From: Macrostomum lignano
Lineage: Eukaryota
Assembly: GCA_002269645.1 (NCBI GenBank)
Contig: NIVC01001699.1
Location: 61,138-125,137 of the forward strand
Reading direction: 5' to 3'
DNA length: 64,000 nt
Shown here: positions 1 to 12,739 of the stretch, piece by piece
How the letters are laid out: the number at the start of each line of letters is the position of its first letter
How positions within the stretch are numbered: the stretch's first letter is position 1
Translations under genes and position numbers: made by a program
Notes under the pieces: model-generated
What the model was told of the DNA's origin: nothing
Databases searched by the model: none
The model's input: only the letters and a program-made list of their open reading frames with translations

Positions 1-1195
1 TTGTCTATGACCTTAACTGCAGCAGTACATGGTTGTCTTGTCTATGACCTAAACTGCAGCAGTACATGGTTGTCTATGACCTTAACTGCAGCAGTACATG
101 GTTGTCTATGACCTTAACTGCAGCAGTACATGGTTGTCTATGACCTTAACTGCAGCAGTACATGGTTGTCTTGTCTATGACCTAAACTGCAGTAGTACAT
201 GGTTGTCTATGACCTTAACTGCAGCAGTACATGGTTGTCTATGACCTTAACTGCAGCAGTACATGGTTGTCTATGACCTTAACTGCAGCAGTACATGGTT
301 GTCTTGTCTATGACCTAAACTGCAGCAGTACATGGTTGTCTATGACCTTAACTGCAGCAGTACATGGTTGTCTTGTCTATGACCTAAACTGCAGCAGTAC
401 ATGGTTGTCTATGACCTTAACTGCAGCAGTACATGGTTGTCTTGTCTATGACCTAAACTGCAGTAGTACATGGTTGTCTATGACCTTAACTGCAGCAGTA
501 CATGGTTGTCTATGACCTTAACTGCAGCAGTACATGGTTGTCTTGTCTATGACCTAAACTGCAGTAGTACATGGTTGTCTATGACTTAAACTGCAGCAGT
601 ACATGGTTGTCTATGACCTTAACTGCAGCAGTACATGGTTGTCTTGTCTATGACCTAAACTGCAGCAGTACATGGTTGTCTATGACCTTAACTGCAGCAG
701 TACATGGTTGTCTTGTCTATGACCTAAACTGCAGTAGTACATGGTTGTCTATGACTTAAACTGCAGCAGTACATGGTTGTCTTGTCTATGACCTAAACTG
801 CAGCAGTACATGGTTGTCTATGACCTTAACTGCAGCAGTACATGGTTGTCTTGTCTATGACCTAAACTGCAGCAGTACATGGTTGTCTATGACCTTAACT
901 GCAGCAGTACATGGTTGTCTTGTCTATGACCTTAACTGCAGCAGTACATGGTTGTCTTGTCTATGACCTAAACTGCAGTAGTACATGGTTGTCTATGACT
1001 TAAACTGCAGCAGTACATGGTTGTCTATGACCTTAACTGCAGCAGTACATGGATGTCTATGACCTTAACTGCAGCAGTACATGGATGTCTATAGCTTAAA
1101 CAGCAGCAGTACATGGATGTCTATGGCTTAAACAGTAGCAGTAAATGGATGTCTATGGCTTTAACAGCAGCAGTAAATGGATATCTATGGCCTAG
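1..1195. repeat. Minisatellite, 32/37-bp unit (gttgtctatgaccttaactgcagcagtacatg, with or without gtctt); runs off the window start
   Basis: Units read directly; they decay towards ~1195, and degenerate inverted units follow at ~1245-1320. Confidence 0.97.
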
Positions 1196-1784
1196 ACAGT
1201 CGCTATGAATAACGAAAAACATGAGAATTACACAAACTTGCACTTCTGCATTTTAGGTCGTAGACAACCTTGCACTGCTGCAGTTTAGAACATAGACAAA
1301 CATGGATGCTGCAGTTAAAATTTGTGCTATTTTTATGGAGAACTGAGCTATTGACTCGTTGCCTTCTGTTTTGATTTCGTCATCTCTGTTATATCATGTA
1401 AAAGTCTTGAATAACCACTTTTAAGACTGGTGTGTGCATTTTAAAGCGAAACTTTGTATCGCTTGCTTTAATTTGGTATGAATTTTAGTAATATTTTAGT
1501 AGCAGTACATTTTCGTTGCTTATAATTTTATAGTGGGAAATCGTGCTCTATCTAGAAGTACCATCTGTCATTCGCTGTTTCTGTCTATGCACTCTGTGTT
1601 TAGTTCATCTGATTCTGATTGATAAATAAAGTCACTGTTTCAGCACCAAACGAGCATCTTCTTGTGGCGAATCTATTTTTGTTACTAACTAATTATAAAC
1701 TGCTTCCGTTATCTCAGTTTTACCTGAATATGCGACACTTAAACTTAGTAGTAGCTAAGTATGAGCATAATTCACCGCTTATAC

Positions 1785-2005
1785 CTGTGCCCCATGACCC
1801 CATGACCATGAGTAGTTCACCGCTACCACCTGTGCCCCATGACCCCATGAGTAGTTCCCCGCTACCACCTGTGCCCCATGACCCCATGAGTAATTCACCG
1901 CTACCACCTGTGCCCCATGACCCCATGAGTAATTCACCGCTACCACCTGTGCCCCATGACCCCATGAGTAGTTCACCGCTACCACCTGCGACCCATGAGT
2001 AGTTC
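1785..2005. repeat. Minisatellite, 39-bp unit (cctgtgccccatgaccccatgagtagttcaccgctacca), ~5 copies
   Basis: 39-bp period measured between agtagttc at 1811 and 1850. Confidence 0.93.
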
Positions 2006-3793
2006 ACTTTTAAGTTTACCTAGATAGAGATAGTTTATCTAGCTTACGTAGACAGTACAAGCATTGGTTCAATTTGCATGCAATAACAGTACACACAGTG
2101 AATGATGTCACAGGTAAATTGCATTTAGTAGTGCAGTTTTATTTTTGAAACTAACTCTTGGTGCAGTTTAATTAGCTCGTATTTTATACAGACAAGGCAT
2201 TAGAGGCAGCATGATTTATATGCCATTGGCATGAGCGGAAGGGGTCGATTTGAAGTGACAAATGTACTTTCGAGTCTGGAGTATGAGCAATTATAAAGCT
2301 TTGAGCAAAAAGTAAATAAAAATCAGTTTTAAATGGTCAAGCTATAACAAAAAATGCTAAAAAATGTTGTGCGACTGTATGAATACAACTATTTCAGAGT
2401 TAGTTGCTTGCTTAGATTTTAAACATACTTTAAAAAGTAAAAAAACAATCGATGTCCGCGACTTCATTATTTCCCCAGCAGCACGCGAAAAAGACAAATG
2501 CGCGTATAAAATAAAGTTAAATAACAATGCTTAGTAACTATGTTCGTATTACTAAAGCGAATGGTAGAAATCAGAAATGAGCTACTTGTAAAATATATCA
2601 AGTATGGATGAATTAATATTTGCAATGTATTGATAGTATTGCTGCACGGCGTTGATGCATGGACAGACAAACAATGTAACCAGAGCCTGGCCCATACACT
2701 CGTGCTATAACGTTGCTGCACTCCCAGCCGTGCTTTATAGTGCCTCATTGAAACCGAAATATTTGTAACGTGCCACTTGTCACTTGTAGATTCTTAATGC
2801 AATGGGCCAACTTAGTACATTTACGCATGTAGTATGCGCATACACTCGGCAACATTTAAAACGCAACAACCTACGAGCGTGGTTCAAGAAATGCGCGTAG
2901 CCTCCTCTTGCAAGTAGAGAGCGTTGAGTACGGATTCGACTTGAAGAGACTAAAGTCCGTTCCGTCTTTTTTGCAGTGATGGTCGACTCAGTTGGTATTC
3001 TTAGCTCATAGACGCAACGCAAACGTGAACAGAGAAGAGTATCTGCTCCCTTATGTCAACAACCACTTCGGTTGCGTATAGCAAACTGCATATTGCAGGA
3101 TGATAATGGCACCGGCGAACCGAGCAGCAGCAGCAGCAGTCAGTGAGCTTAAGGATCAGCTGCGTATGCTCGGTGGCCTTCAAGATCCTCTGATATGAAC
3201 CAAATTGAACATTCCTAGGTCTTTATCAAGCGGGTGTTCAACGGCAGAATTCGTTGCAGACAGTAGCTTGCTGAACTGAGAAAAACGCTAACGCTAAGCG
3301 GGAATGCAACGTCTAGTCAACGCCATGTTTCTTGCGAGAGCTATAAGGCTATACACGCGTTTCTGAAGCTCGATTTGAAGCATAGACTATGCGCTTTGGC
3401 TCTTCTGGGTTGATTTTTCTTCTATAGTTAGTGTTGCGTTTTAAATGTGGTCCAGTGTATATGGCTGGAACATGGTACTTTGGTATGTTATACCCACAGA
3501 ATTTCTACACAGAATGCTGAACCAACTGCTGTCTACGAGCTCATATTATGTAGAAGATAAAGCACGCTTGCTCGAGGGCGCTAAGTAAATAGTGCCCGGA
3601 AAATAGCGTGCTCTATCTCATATAGAGCATGTGTATAAATCCCATAGACAAATGGTTGAAAAATAAAGCCCGCAACTTGACGAACTGCTTGGAATAGCGG
3701 GCAATATAAGGCTCACACCATGCTCTATTGAGAATTAAACACTATTTTTGCGCTGAATGATTTCCAGAAGTAGTAGTATTTTTCATTGCCACC

Positions 3794-4146
3794 CAGAGAA
3801 TATTGAGCATACATAGAATGCCAACATACGTATAGCTTTAAAAAGTAAAGCCGATTTTCGCGTTCCGCCGGGTCGCTTTAGACCATAGACTAAAAATATA
3901 TTTTAAAAAATTAGGTGCTAAGAGCTAGAAGTATATATGCAATTAATTATTTAAAGTTCTCATTTCTACATTTATCACAAATATATTTTTGCTCAAAACA
4001 CTTTAGTCTATGGTCCAAAGCTAAACTCCCGGCGGAACGCGAAAATCGGCTTTACTTTTTAAAGCTAGTTTGGCATCAAGGACAACTTGTTATTAAGTTA
4101 TCAAGTTGTCCTTGGTTGGCATTCTATGTATGCTCAATATTCTCTG
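3794..4146. mobile_element. Foldback/MITE-like element with ~100-bp inverted arms and a nested hairpin in the right arm
   Basis: 3794-3894 is the near-exact reverse complement of 4002-4146. The right arm carries an extra caaggacaacttg...caagttgtccttg hairpin. Confidence 0.75.
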
Positions 4147-4964
4147 TTGCCACCTGATTTTTTTAAACTGAAGCTATACGAGCTTGTACCTTGAATATAA
4201 AAGTATAAAAAGCATTTGAATTTCGCTTTTCAATTAGCTAAAAGTTGAATCGATAACACGTGAAGTTTGCCAAGCTTGCCAGTATATCGCGAAGAGTTTT
4301 CCCGCTAAGGTTTTGGCAGCCTTTTCCAGCCCTGGAGTCCTATACATGAGCAGCTACTACAAATTTTTAAATAGATTTTACTCCTTAGGATCTTACAGGC
4401 CTACATTTTTAATCAGTGATGTGCAAATTTCCAAACCTCACCACAAGAAACCCGCCTACAGGAAAATCTAGGCCCGTAGTTTATTGGCTAATAACTAATA
4501 GTTAAGCAACGCATTTTTCTGCAGTCTGTGTATATTCTGTGGGTGTACCCAAAATCTAATTAAATTTTCTTGTGAATAAAACTGCAACGCACGCCAAACA
4601 TACAAAATCCTTTTTCAAAGTTCCGGCACAATTCCGTTTTATGCTTTGGATGCCGCAGCACGGGTCGGAGCTCGGAAGCGGTGTGCGCGAACAGGCAAAT
4701 GGAATTATACCTGCAGAATCCCAGCTCCTGGAATTGTTCCCAGTTTAAGGAAAACCAAGTGAAGATTACTTCATGAGAATATATCCACTCTACCTAAGTG
4801 GATACAAAAGTATACAAGAGTACGCTCATATATGTACATAATATACTTATCAGTGAACTCAGGCCACAGTAGCATCCAGGATTCGAATTGGAAAGCAATC
4901 CTGGGCACTAATACATGTATTGGGTGTCTCTTGGAAGGTGCCAATGTACAAGTACTGCCACTTG

Positions 4965-5235
4965 GTGGGCGCCCCTGTCTCTTAGTGGGCGCCTGTCTCT
5001 TGATGAGCGCCCCCTCTCTTGGTGGGCGCCCCCTGTCTCTTGGTGGGCGCCCCCTGTCTTTTGGTGGGCGCCCCCTGTCTCTTGATGAGCGCTCCCTCTC
5101 TTAGTTAGTGGGTGGGCGCCCGTGTCTCTTGTTGGGCGCCCCTGTCTTTTAGGGGACGCCCCCTGTCTCTTGATGAGCGCCCCCTCTCTTGGTGGGCGCC
5201 CTATCTCTTAATAGGTTCCACTGTCTCTTGGTGGG
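4965..5235. repeat. Degenerate 20-21-bp minisatellite (gggcgcccc(c)tgtctcttggt), same family as 49165-50015
   Basis: Units read directly; they share the gcgcc-ctgtctctt core with the later array. Confidence 0.9.
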
Positions 5236-6129
5236 TTCCAATTAATTTTAATACTACTTGAATCACCTTGGCTTTATTAGCTTACCTTCATGTTACGACA
5301 CCATTCCGTTTTATATTTGGCTGCAGTAAATTCCGGCGACTTCTGCTTCTGAATCTGTAATTACATGTAATTTAACACTGCAGTATATTTCTAGGGCCAG
5401 TGTAGCGCAGAATCATAAGATGTACTTACACATTCTTTGGTTGACATTATAGTACCGGTATATCAATTGGCTTATACTTTCTACTATAACACCAGCAAGT
5501 CAGCAACACTCAAATGAATTTTTCTTTCGCTTAGCTATGTTGAACTGAGGCTCCGCTTTTATTGTAGAGAAACGGTTGAGGTAGTTTGGGCTAGCGGTAT
5601 GTACTCTGAAGACTGTACAGTCGAAAGCCCCCCGCCGAACTGTGGCTGTGCCTAAGTTTGTGTGACCTTCTGGCTCTACCAATCAAACTGATGTGGGGCC
5701 TACGAGCTAGCTTTAAAATGGGGTTGGGGTTGGAACTTGGGGGGTATGGCTTCCGTGAGAGATCGCGCCACCCCGCACGCCTAGCCACCCACCCAAGCCC
5801 ACCCCAAGATCAAATTTAACGACTCTTTGTGTGAATTAAGGAGGCACAGAGTAATAAAACCAACGCGCTCGCTCTGATTGTGAAAAGTGGAACTAAACTG
5901 AATGATTATCTAGACTCTAGAAATCTTATCTATGACTTGAGCCATCGGATCCTTTTTTGCACTAATGAGAATTATATGAAGATAAAAAGTTTAATTAATA
6001 TTAACGTGTGGTGAAGTACTAACATTCAGCAATTGTTTAAAATTAAAATTGACTTTTTCTTCTAAACGGAGGCCAATGCGAAAGTTTACTTAAATTACGG
6101 AATACAAAATCCCGAGTTGGCCAATGCCG

Positions 6130-7160
6130 GGTAGGCAATACAAAATCCCGAGTTTTGCCAATCCCGGGATTCTCGAGATCGGGATATCCCGGACTTTGCC
6201 AATCCCGGGATTCCGACGAATTGGGCCAGGTGTAAACTCTAAAAAAAGTTTCTAATCTTTGTTGGTGCAATTTGGGTTTACGAGGTCATCTAACCTGATT
6301 TTAAAGGGCTTTCAACAATAAAGTATAAGAGAACAAAATATTTTGCAAACAGAAACTAACAGTGTGCCCTGAATTGGAGTGTGATGTACGGGCTGGCGTA
6401 TTAGACGTGCTTTTTTACATGCCAGTATCAGCTCAGGAAAATCACACTTGATTGTGATGTAACCTGGGGAATGATAGCTTATAGAACTATGGCCCGAGGT
6501 ACTGGGATAACAGGGTAGGGGATCAGACATCACCCCTCCAGGGGCACCCGCCCTAGATGGAGAACTGGTTGGTAGCTTGGGTTGTGGACCGATAGCAAGG
6601 TCCCACTGTTCTAATACCAACTACGGCCAAGGAGTTTTGAAGGTAGGGACTGCTTAAAGTACATGTAGTTCTGCCACCAACCCGATGCTGGGCATCGAAA
6701 CGGTGTCCGATAGTGCTAAGAATGAGGTCTTTCGCATAAAGGGCTTCTGATCTGCGCAAGGTCGAGACCCCCTGATTTTAGCTGGGTTTGAAATAGAGGG
6801 AATTAATTCAAATGAACAATGATTTGACTCCCGTCTTGCAAGCTATAGCGCTGTGATCGGCAAAAATGAGTAATTGGTTTCTATTGCTTTAGACTCTGTG
6901 CACAGGTTTTAGAATAATAATTACATTAGTCTGCGAGTACCATATGCATACAGTTGCACGTACATTGTTACACCTGAAATCTCCTACGATCTGCCAACAG
7001 CTTCAGTTTTGTATCCCTGCTGCCCTAGCCTTCTCACTAGCCTGCATGTTTCAAAGATTAATAAATCAAAGCAGGACAACTGGGTTATGATTTTCACCTG
7101 ACAAGTACCTCAGCTGCAGATGCTACTACTCGAGAATGAATGATTGAATTATTGCAAACC
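6130..7160. repeat. Copy 1 of a diverged ~1-kb tandem segmental duplication
   Basis: Colinear shared blocks with 7240-9790, e.g. gatgtacgggctggcgta, aatcacacttgattgtgatgtaacctgg, agctgggtttgaaatagaggga, aagattaataaatcaaagcaggaca. Confidence 0.9.
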
Positions 7161-7344
7161 GGGATCAGGATCCAGATGGTCAATCCCGGGATTTTCGAAT
7201 CCCGGACAAGTGTGAATAAATCCCGGGATTCAGGCATGATCGAAATCCCGGGATTTGGGCCGGGATTTCCCTAATGCCGGGACTTTCGTGATCGGGATAT
7301 CCCAGACTTTGCCAATCCTTGATCCTGACGAATAGGGCCGGGAT

Positions 7345-7782
7345 CTGGGTCTTTGGGCTATACGGGGTGTTTTGGCCCCTTGAAAATCTCATTGGAAACA
7401 TGATTTTTGGCATCAGAGACCAATCTGGCAACTTCATTTTCCCCGTGCCAGTTGCCAATTTCAAAAACGATTTTGTAAGCGTAATAAAAGTGCCATATGA
7501 ATTGATATGATGGAATTATTAGTTTGTTATTCTTTGCAGCATAGATAGCAATCTTAGAGTTGAGAGAACAAACAAATTTCTATACTTTTCAAACATTATC
7601 CTTCCTCGAGAATTTGGCTAGTTGCCAATGGCCAACCGAAAATAGCCATTGGCAACTGGATTTTGAGCCCCAAGGGCTCAAATCCCAAATTGGAAAGCAA
7701 TCCTGGGCACTAATAGATGTATTGTCTCTTGGAAGGTGCCAATGTACAAGAGCCCAAAATTTCCAACCTTAAAAAAACCCAG
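7345..7782. mobile_element. Non-autonomous DNA transposon (MITE) with an 8-bp TSD
   Basis: Termini ctgggtcttt / aaaaacccag are 9/10 inverted; the direct repeat gccgggat lies at 7337-7344 and 7783-7790. An internal ~65-bp block also occurs at ~4886-4952. Confidence 0.75.
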
Positions 7783-8281
7783 GCCGGGATCCCAGATTGA
7801 AAAAGTTTCTAATCACCTTTAATTCTTGGTGCAATTTTGGGTCAAAGTCACTTGATCTAATTATAAAGGGCTCTCAATAATAAAAGTAGAACAGACTAGA
7901 ATATTTTGCCAACAAGAAACTGACAGTGAGCTCTAAATTGAAGTACGATGTACGGGCTGGCGTAATGAGAGTGCTTTTGTACAAGCCAGTATACAGCTCA
8001 TCAAAATAGTAAAATCACACTTGATTGTGATGTAACCTGGAGGAATGATAGCTTACAGAGCTATAGTCCGAGGTACTGACTGATACCCGGGTAGAAGGGA
8101 ATCAGACCTCGCCCTCCCAGGGAAACCCGCCCTAGATGGAGAATTAGTATAGTAGCTTGGGGTTGTGGTCCGATAGCAATTGGTCCCATTGTTCTAATCC
8201 CATCTACGGCCATGGAGTTAAGGGACTCAGGGACTTCTTAAAGTAGTTCTGCCACCAACCCTATGTTGGGCGTTGAAAGAG

Positions 8282-8924
8282 GGAGATCGACAATTGACCG
8301 CCACAATTTGACCGCCGCAATTTGACCGCCGCAATTTGACCGCCGCAATTTAACCGCCGACAATTTGACCGCCACAATTGGACCGCCGCAATTTAACCGC
8401 CGCAATTCGACTGGGATATTTGGGACCAATTCAACAATTTGATCGCCGTATTTTCTGCGGCGAGGGTGGTAACTCTTTAGAATTGTGAATATGCTAGCTG
8501 GTATTTCGTTATTTGAGACTTTTAACTCCGGAGGAATACTACGTTGAGGAGACGAGCTCGAAGAATCTGCCCAAAAAAGAAGAGGAGCCCGCGACAGTAA
8601 GTGATCACTCCATTCTGTTCCCAGACTTGCGGTCTGGAAGTGAGAGTTCCTGGGTTTAGAAACTAGACTTAATTCTCTATCTCTCTTCTCTTTCTCTCTC
8701 CTTTCCCTCTATCTCTGTGTGCTGAAGCGAACTCTTCAATGCTTTGGCTTAGGGGCTAGGGCAAAATGCATGTAATGAACCAGCAAGAGGTAGCTAATGT
8801 AAATAAATGTCAATGAATATTTTAAATGAAAATTACTGTCAAAATAACTAAAAAAATTCGGTGAAAGGGTGGTGGTGAAATAGGCGGTGGTGGTCAAGTT
8901 GCGGCGGCCAACTGTCGTAGATCC
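8282..8924. mobile_element. MITE with subterminal 14-bp repeats (ccgcaatttgaccg), Mutator-like architecture
   Basis: Imperfect TIRs ggagatcgacaattgaccgcc / ggcggccaactgtcgtagatcc; absent from copy 1. Any 9-bp TSD is decayed. Confidence 0.7.
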
Positions 8925-9270
8925 ATCTAAAGGTTGTCCTGACAGTGCTGAGAATTAATTAGGTCTTTTAATCCACGCAAATAGGTCGAGACTCGAGACC
9001 CCTGATTTAGCTGGGTTTGAAATAGAGGGAGAGTTTAAATAATTTGATTCCTATCTGGCTAGCGCTGTGATCGGAAACGATGAGGGATTAGTTCTATTGT
9101 TTCAGGCTCCGCACAGGTTTTAGAATAATATAACTACATTACTCTGTGTCTGCGAGTACCATATATGCATACAGCATGTACATTATTACACCTAAAATCT
9201 TCTTACAATCTGCCAACAGGTTTCTGTTTCGTCTTGCAGCCTTAGCTTTTCTACTCACTAGCCTGCATGC

Positions 9271-9669
9271 GTAGGAACGGGGGGGCAGTAGTGGTATCTG
9301 GCCCCTCCACATTTTAAATGTAAAATGTAGACTTCTTGCTTATTTTAGATTTTTGCTGCTTTGCATGAATGCATTTTTTCTGCTGGGCGACAAAACATAG
9401 CCCCCGTAGCGCCAAAATGAGTGCCTGCGGCGCTAAAATGAATGCCTGCGACGCTAAAATGAGTGCCTGCAGCGCCAAAATGAGTGCCTGCGGCGCTTTA
9501 TAAAATGAGTGCTGACAAGATGGGTTCTGAAAATAATTGGTACATGATTATGTGCATTTTCCATATATTAAAATCTTACTCGACGGGGGCGTTCGCCCTG
9601 TGTCCCCCTCAATCCGTCACTGAACCTTCCCCCCCCCCTCCCAGTTTTTGAAACGTCCCTACGCCTATG
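9271..9669. mobile_element. hAT-like MITE with 8-bp TSD ctgcatgc, containing a possible nested cagt...actg element and a 21-bp tandem repeat
   Basis: ctgcatgc at 9263-9270 and 9670-9677; copy 1 has a single ctgcatgt. Termini gtaggaacg / cgtccctacgcctatg (left end shortened). Confidence 0.75.
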
Positions 9670-11091
9670 CTGCATGCTTAAAAGATTAATAAATCAAAGC
9701 AGGACATCAGCTGGGTTATGATTTTCTGACAAGTAGCTCAGCTGCAGATATACTGCTACTTGAGAATTAATGACTGATTTATTGCAAAGCAGTGTTCATG
9801 CAAAGCCCTATGCTAGTAAAGGCTAGTGGAGCTCCAACTAATGCAGCTTATAGCGGCACAGCACAGGTACAGCACTCAGGGTCAAGGCGAGCGCGGCCGG
9901 CTTGTAGACTCTCCTCAGAGACAATGCCAATGATGACGCGGAAAGGGATTTGTATTAATTAAGAGGGATTGGGGATCGACTAGGGTGGAACCGGAGACTT
10001 TGCTATTGGTATTTAAGAAAGATTTGGGGAGTGGTTGCAGGGGACAGGGGCAGGGATTTGCTCTTGGGTTGAGGACAGGGGTTGGATATTTTCGGGATCC
10101 GGCTATGGTCATCCCGGGTATAAGAGTTAGAAATCTGAAGTTTTGACCCTAAGTTAGAAGATAGGTAGAAATTTATGAAATGCCCCTGAGGCGCAGTGAA
10201 GGGCGAGGCAGAAGAGCACAATGGAACCCCTAGATAGCAATTAGAAGGGCAAACAGAAGCAGTTCTAAGATAATTAATCAACTGTCAAGTCAATTTGAAT
10301 AGCCGAATCTAATAAAGCCCCTTCCATTCCAGTCAGTAGCGTCACCCCGCCGCAGGAACAATGGCGACTAAACCGGCCGGGAAAAGCAAATTGAGCAGCG
10401 GCCAGCTTAGAGAACGACGCGGCACGCGGCATCTTCTGGCGCACCCTGAGGGAGAAAACGTGAGGCCCACCTACAGATTCCTACCCAACCTGAACCGGCC
10501 CAAGAAGGCGAGATCAACCCCAAACAGCTTGACAACCGAGAGAGAGAGAGGACTGTTTAATCATCCATGGACAGAGTCAAGAGACGGAAAATTAAGCTCT
10601 TTTTCTATAATCTTTCTATCCTAAATTTTTTCCAACTCAACACATAGATTTGCTAAAGCCCGAATAATCTCTAACCCTCACACTCAGCAACCTACTAGAA
10701 CTAACTAAATTCATGTACAACTAGGGGACTGAGTCCCAGATTGTGATCCCTGGGTTTAGGCCTAATCGAAATCCTGCATGGGATCGTATTGCCTAGTTGA
10801 CTCCAGATTCACCGAACTCACAATTCGCTCAATCTGTATGCCACATGAAAGTCCTGACAAAGACTGTGCTAGTTAATAGCTTCCCTTTGAATCTGGGTGT
10901 AGTGGGAATTCGGCGAATCGGGAGTAAACCCATTTGACACTCTATAGTCTAGATAGTCCGTCAGTTTACCCCCACGCCACCAGGACCCCGGGTCCTCCAC
11001 GTCGAAGGGACCCGGGTGTGTTAAGGCAGGCTGATCCTAGGGCTTTGCCGAGCAGATTCGTTGGCGCGGCGGTTCTGCATGGTGTGACCAT

Positions 11092-11500
11092 AACAACAAC
11101 AACAAAATACGCGACCCCGCATGCACAGTCAACAGTTAGAGCAGGGCGCGTCAGATGGCGCGCCGCAGAGCCTGGGAGCGAACAAAGTCAGCTCGGCAGT
11201 GTCGGGCGCCCCAGCGTCGCACAGCAGGCAGTCCACGTATCGACGGGTTCGGGCCTAACCCCGCCTGAACGGACCCCGCAAGGTGAGCAGCAGGACGTCC
11301 TGAGCAGGTTGGGGGCAGTAGCCCTCGGCCCGGATCACGTGGCTCGCCAGTTGAAGTCGCCGCCGGCGCAGGATGGTGAACGGGCGCTGCAGCTTGGCCC
11401 GATCGGTCCCGACGCCTCGGTCCCGACGCTCTCGTTAGCTCGAAAGGCCGCATGGAGCAGCCCTGAGTGCGCCGAGTTGATGTGTTCCTTGTTACCCGAC
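11092..11500 (-). mobile_element. 5'-truncated, frameshifted RTE-like non-LTR retrotransposon 3' end
   Basis: Minus strand reads HINSAHSGLLHAAFR..., then after a 13-bp duplication DRAKLQRPFTILRRRRLQLASHVIRAEGYCPQPAQDVLLLTLRGPFRRG*ARTRRYVDCLL. This matches the RRL..GHV.R post-RT motif. The fragment ends in a (TTG)n tail at ~11092-11103. Confidence 0.8.
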
Positions 11501-12042
11501 CGACTTTCGGTAATCAAAGAACAATCACTTCTTGCTCTGTAGCTAGGCAACCCAGTAAGTCAATGAAGGTATTTATTACCTTGAGTACTGATCAGTTGAT
11601 CTCTTCCTGAGCGTTGTTCTCGCTAGTAGATCTTAGGGCGCCTCTCGTCGGTGTCTGGTCCGGTCCTCTTTGTCCTCTCTGACTTCTGGCCGGCCGGTAT
11701 CTGTAGTTCGGACCAATCGGAAGCTTCGAATTAACAATGGGATCCCTGCGCCAAACTGCGGTATAGTATAAGCCTACTCCTTCTAGCAGTGCCTCTTCGC
11801 ACTCTAGGAATAGCTCCGGAGACCACTGATAGCCTTCTAAGATCTATCAGGGGCAGTCCTTCTGGAGACTGCAACCAGTGGAGTCTAAACAGACTCTCTA
11901 AAGTTGTGATTATTGAATGGCAATAGGCAAAAAGAAAGTGAAAAATTGTGCAAAGTGAAGCTGTAAGGCAGTCAAACATTCAGGATTCAGCAAAGTTAAA
12001 TAGTTATACTGCTTTTTTTCTTGGAAGATCCGAATCGATTCT

Positions 12043-12157
12043 GGTTCTTGCAACGTACACAGGTAAGGAGGGTAAGAATGAAAACAATTGATTACAACTT
12101 GGCTTTAGCCAATTGTTTTCATTCTTACCCTCCTTACCTGTGTACGTTGCAAAAACC
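12043..12157. mobile_element. Short hairpin element with a perfect 43-bp inverted repeat and 19-nt loop
   Basis: 12048-12090 is the exact reverse complement of 12110-12152. Confidence 0.7.
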
Positions 12158-12739
12158 AATATTTAATCAATCGATTCTGGTTCTGGAATTGGTTAATGTG
12201 AAAAGCTCCAATGAATCGTTATCGTAATTACGTTTTGATCGTAGGTCCACGAGTTTAAAAATTTATTAAAACACGCACGTGCAGCTATAGAAATTGTTTG
12301 TAAGCGTGCATGCCCGCTGCTGCACTACACTTACACTGTAAGTAGACCTTAGACAGGGTGTAGGTCGAAGACGAATAGACGATAAATAAGTTACATAGCC
12401 TAATCATGCATTCATAATTATTTGTTTTTATCCTTATTCCATTCCATATCGGCATATGACATTGTTTCAATTGATTTGATTTTGATCCTTTGAGTTTGAC
12501 TAGGCACTAGGGCCTATAACTTTGGGAGTCATATATTTTTATAGGCTATTATTATTAATTTGCCCAATAAAATGTGTATCTCTATGTCTTGATCTGCTTT
12601 TATTAATTTGTCTATTATAAAACTTTTAAATGAAATCTAAAAAGAAAAATGCTAGGATAGGCCTAGGCACTAGGCAGGCAGGTGCAGGCCTTGCTTGTTT
12701 AATTTATATTTAGTTTTAAATAAGGCCTTTTTTTATTAA

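Larger units (their letters stand above)
7240..9790. repeat. Copy 2 of the duplication, interrupted by three MITE insertions
   Basis: Same blocks and order as 6130-7160, with extra segments 7345-7782, 8282-8924 and 9271-9669 absent from copy 1. Confidence 0.9.

Noticed and set aside
2935-2965. ttgaagagactaaagtccgtt resembling a hammerhead 5' core and stem II
   Set aside because: No CUGA start and no GAAA.
2600-3330. Moderately GC-rich, coding-looking stretch
   Set aside because: Multiple stops in every frame and no motif I recognise; possibly an old pseudogene or TE, but I cannot support a call.
5600-5635. Hammerhead-like CTGAAGA-CTGTACAGTC-GAAA
   Set aside because: Stem II cannot close with G10.1-C11.1 without borrowing core bases, and no stem I/III or NUH site forms. 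At best a dead relic.
9915-10990. ORFs at 10361-10624 and neighbours as gag or transposase
   Set aside because: No zinc knuckle, DDE or RT motif seen; likely TE debris but unassignable.
11335-11360. AGGDFN as a LINE endonuclease GDFN motif
   Set aside because: It is the off-frame reading of the RRRRLQL post-RT segment, so a coincidence.
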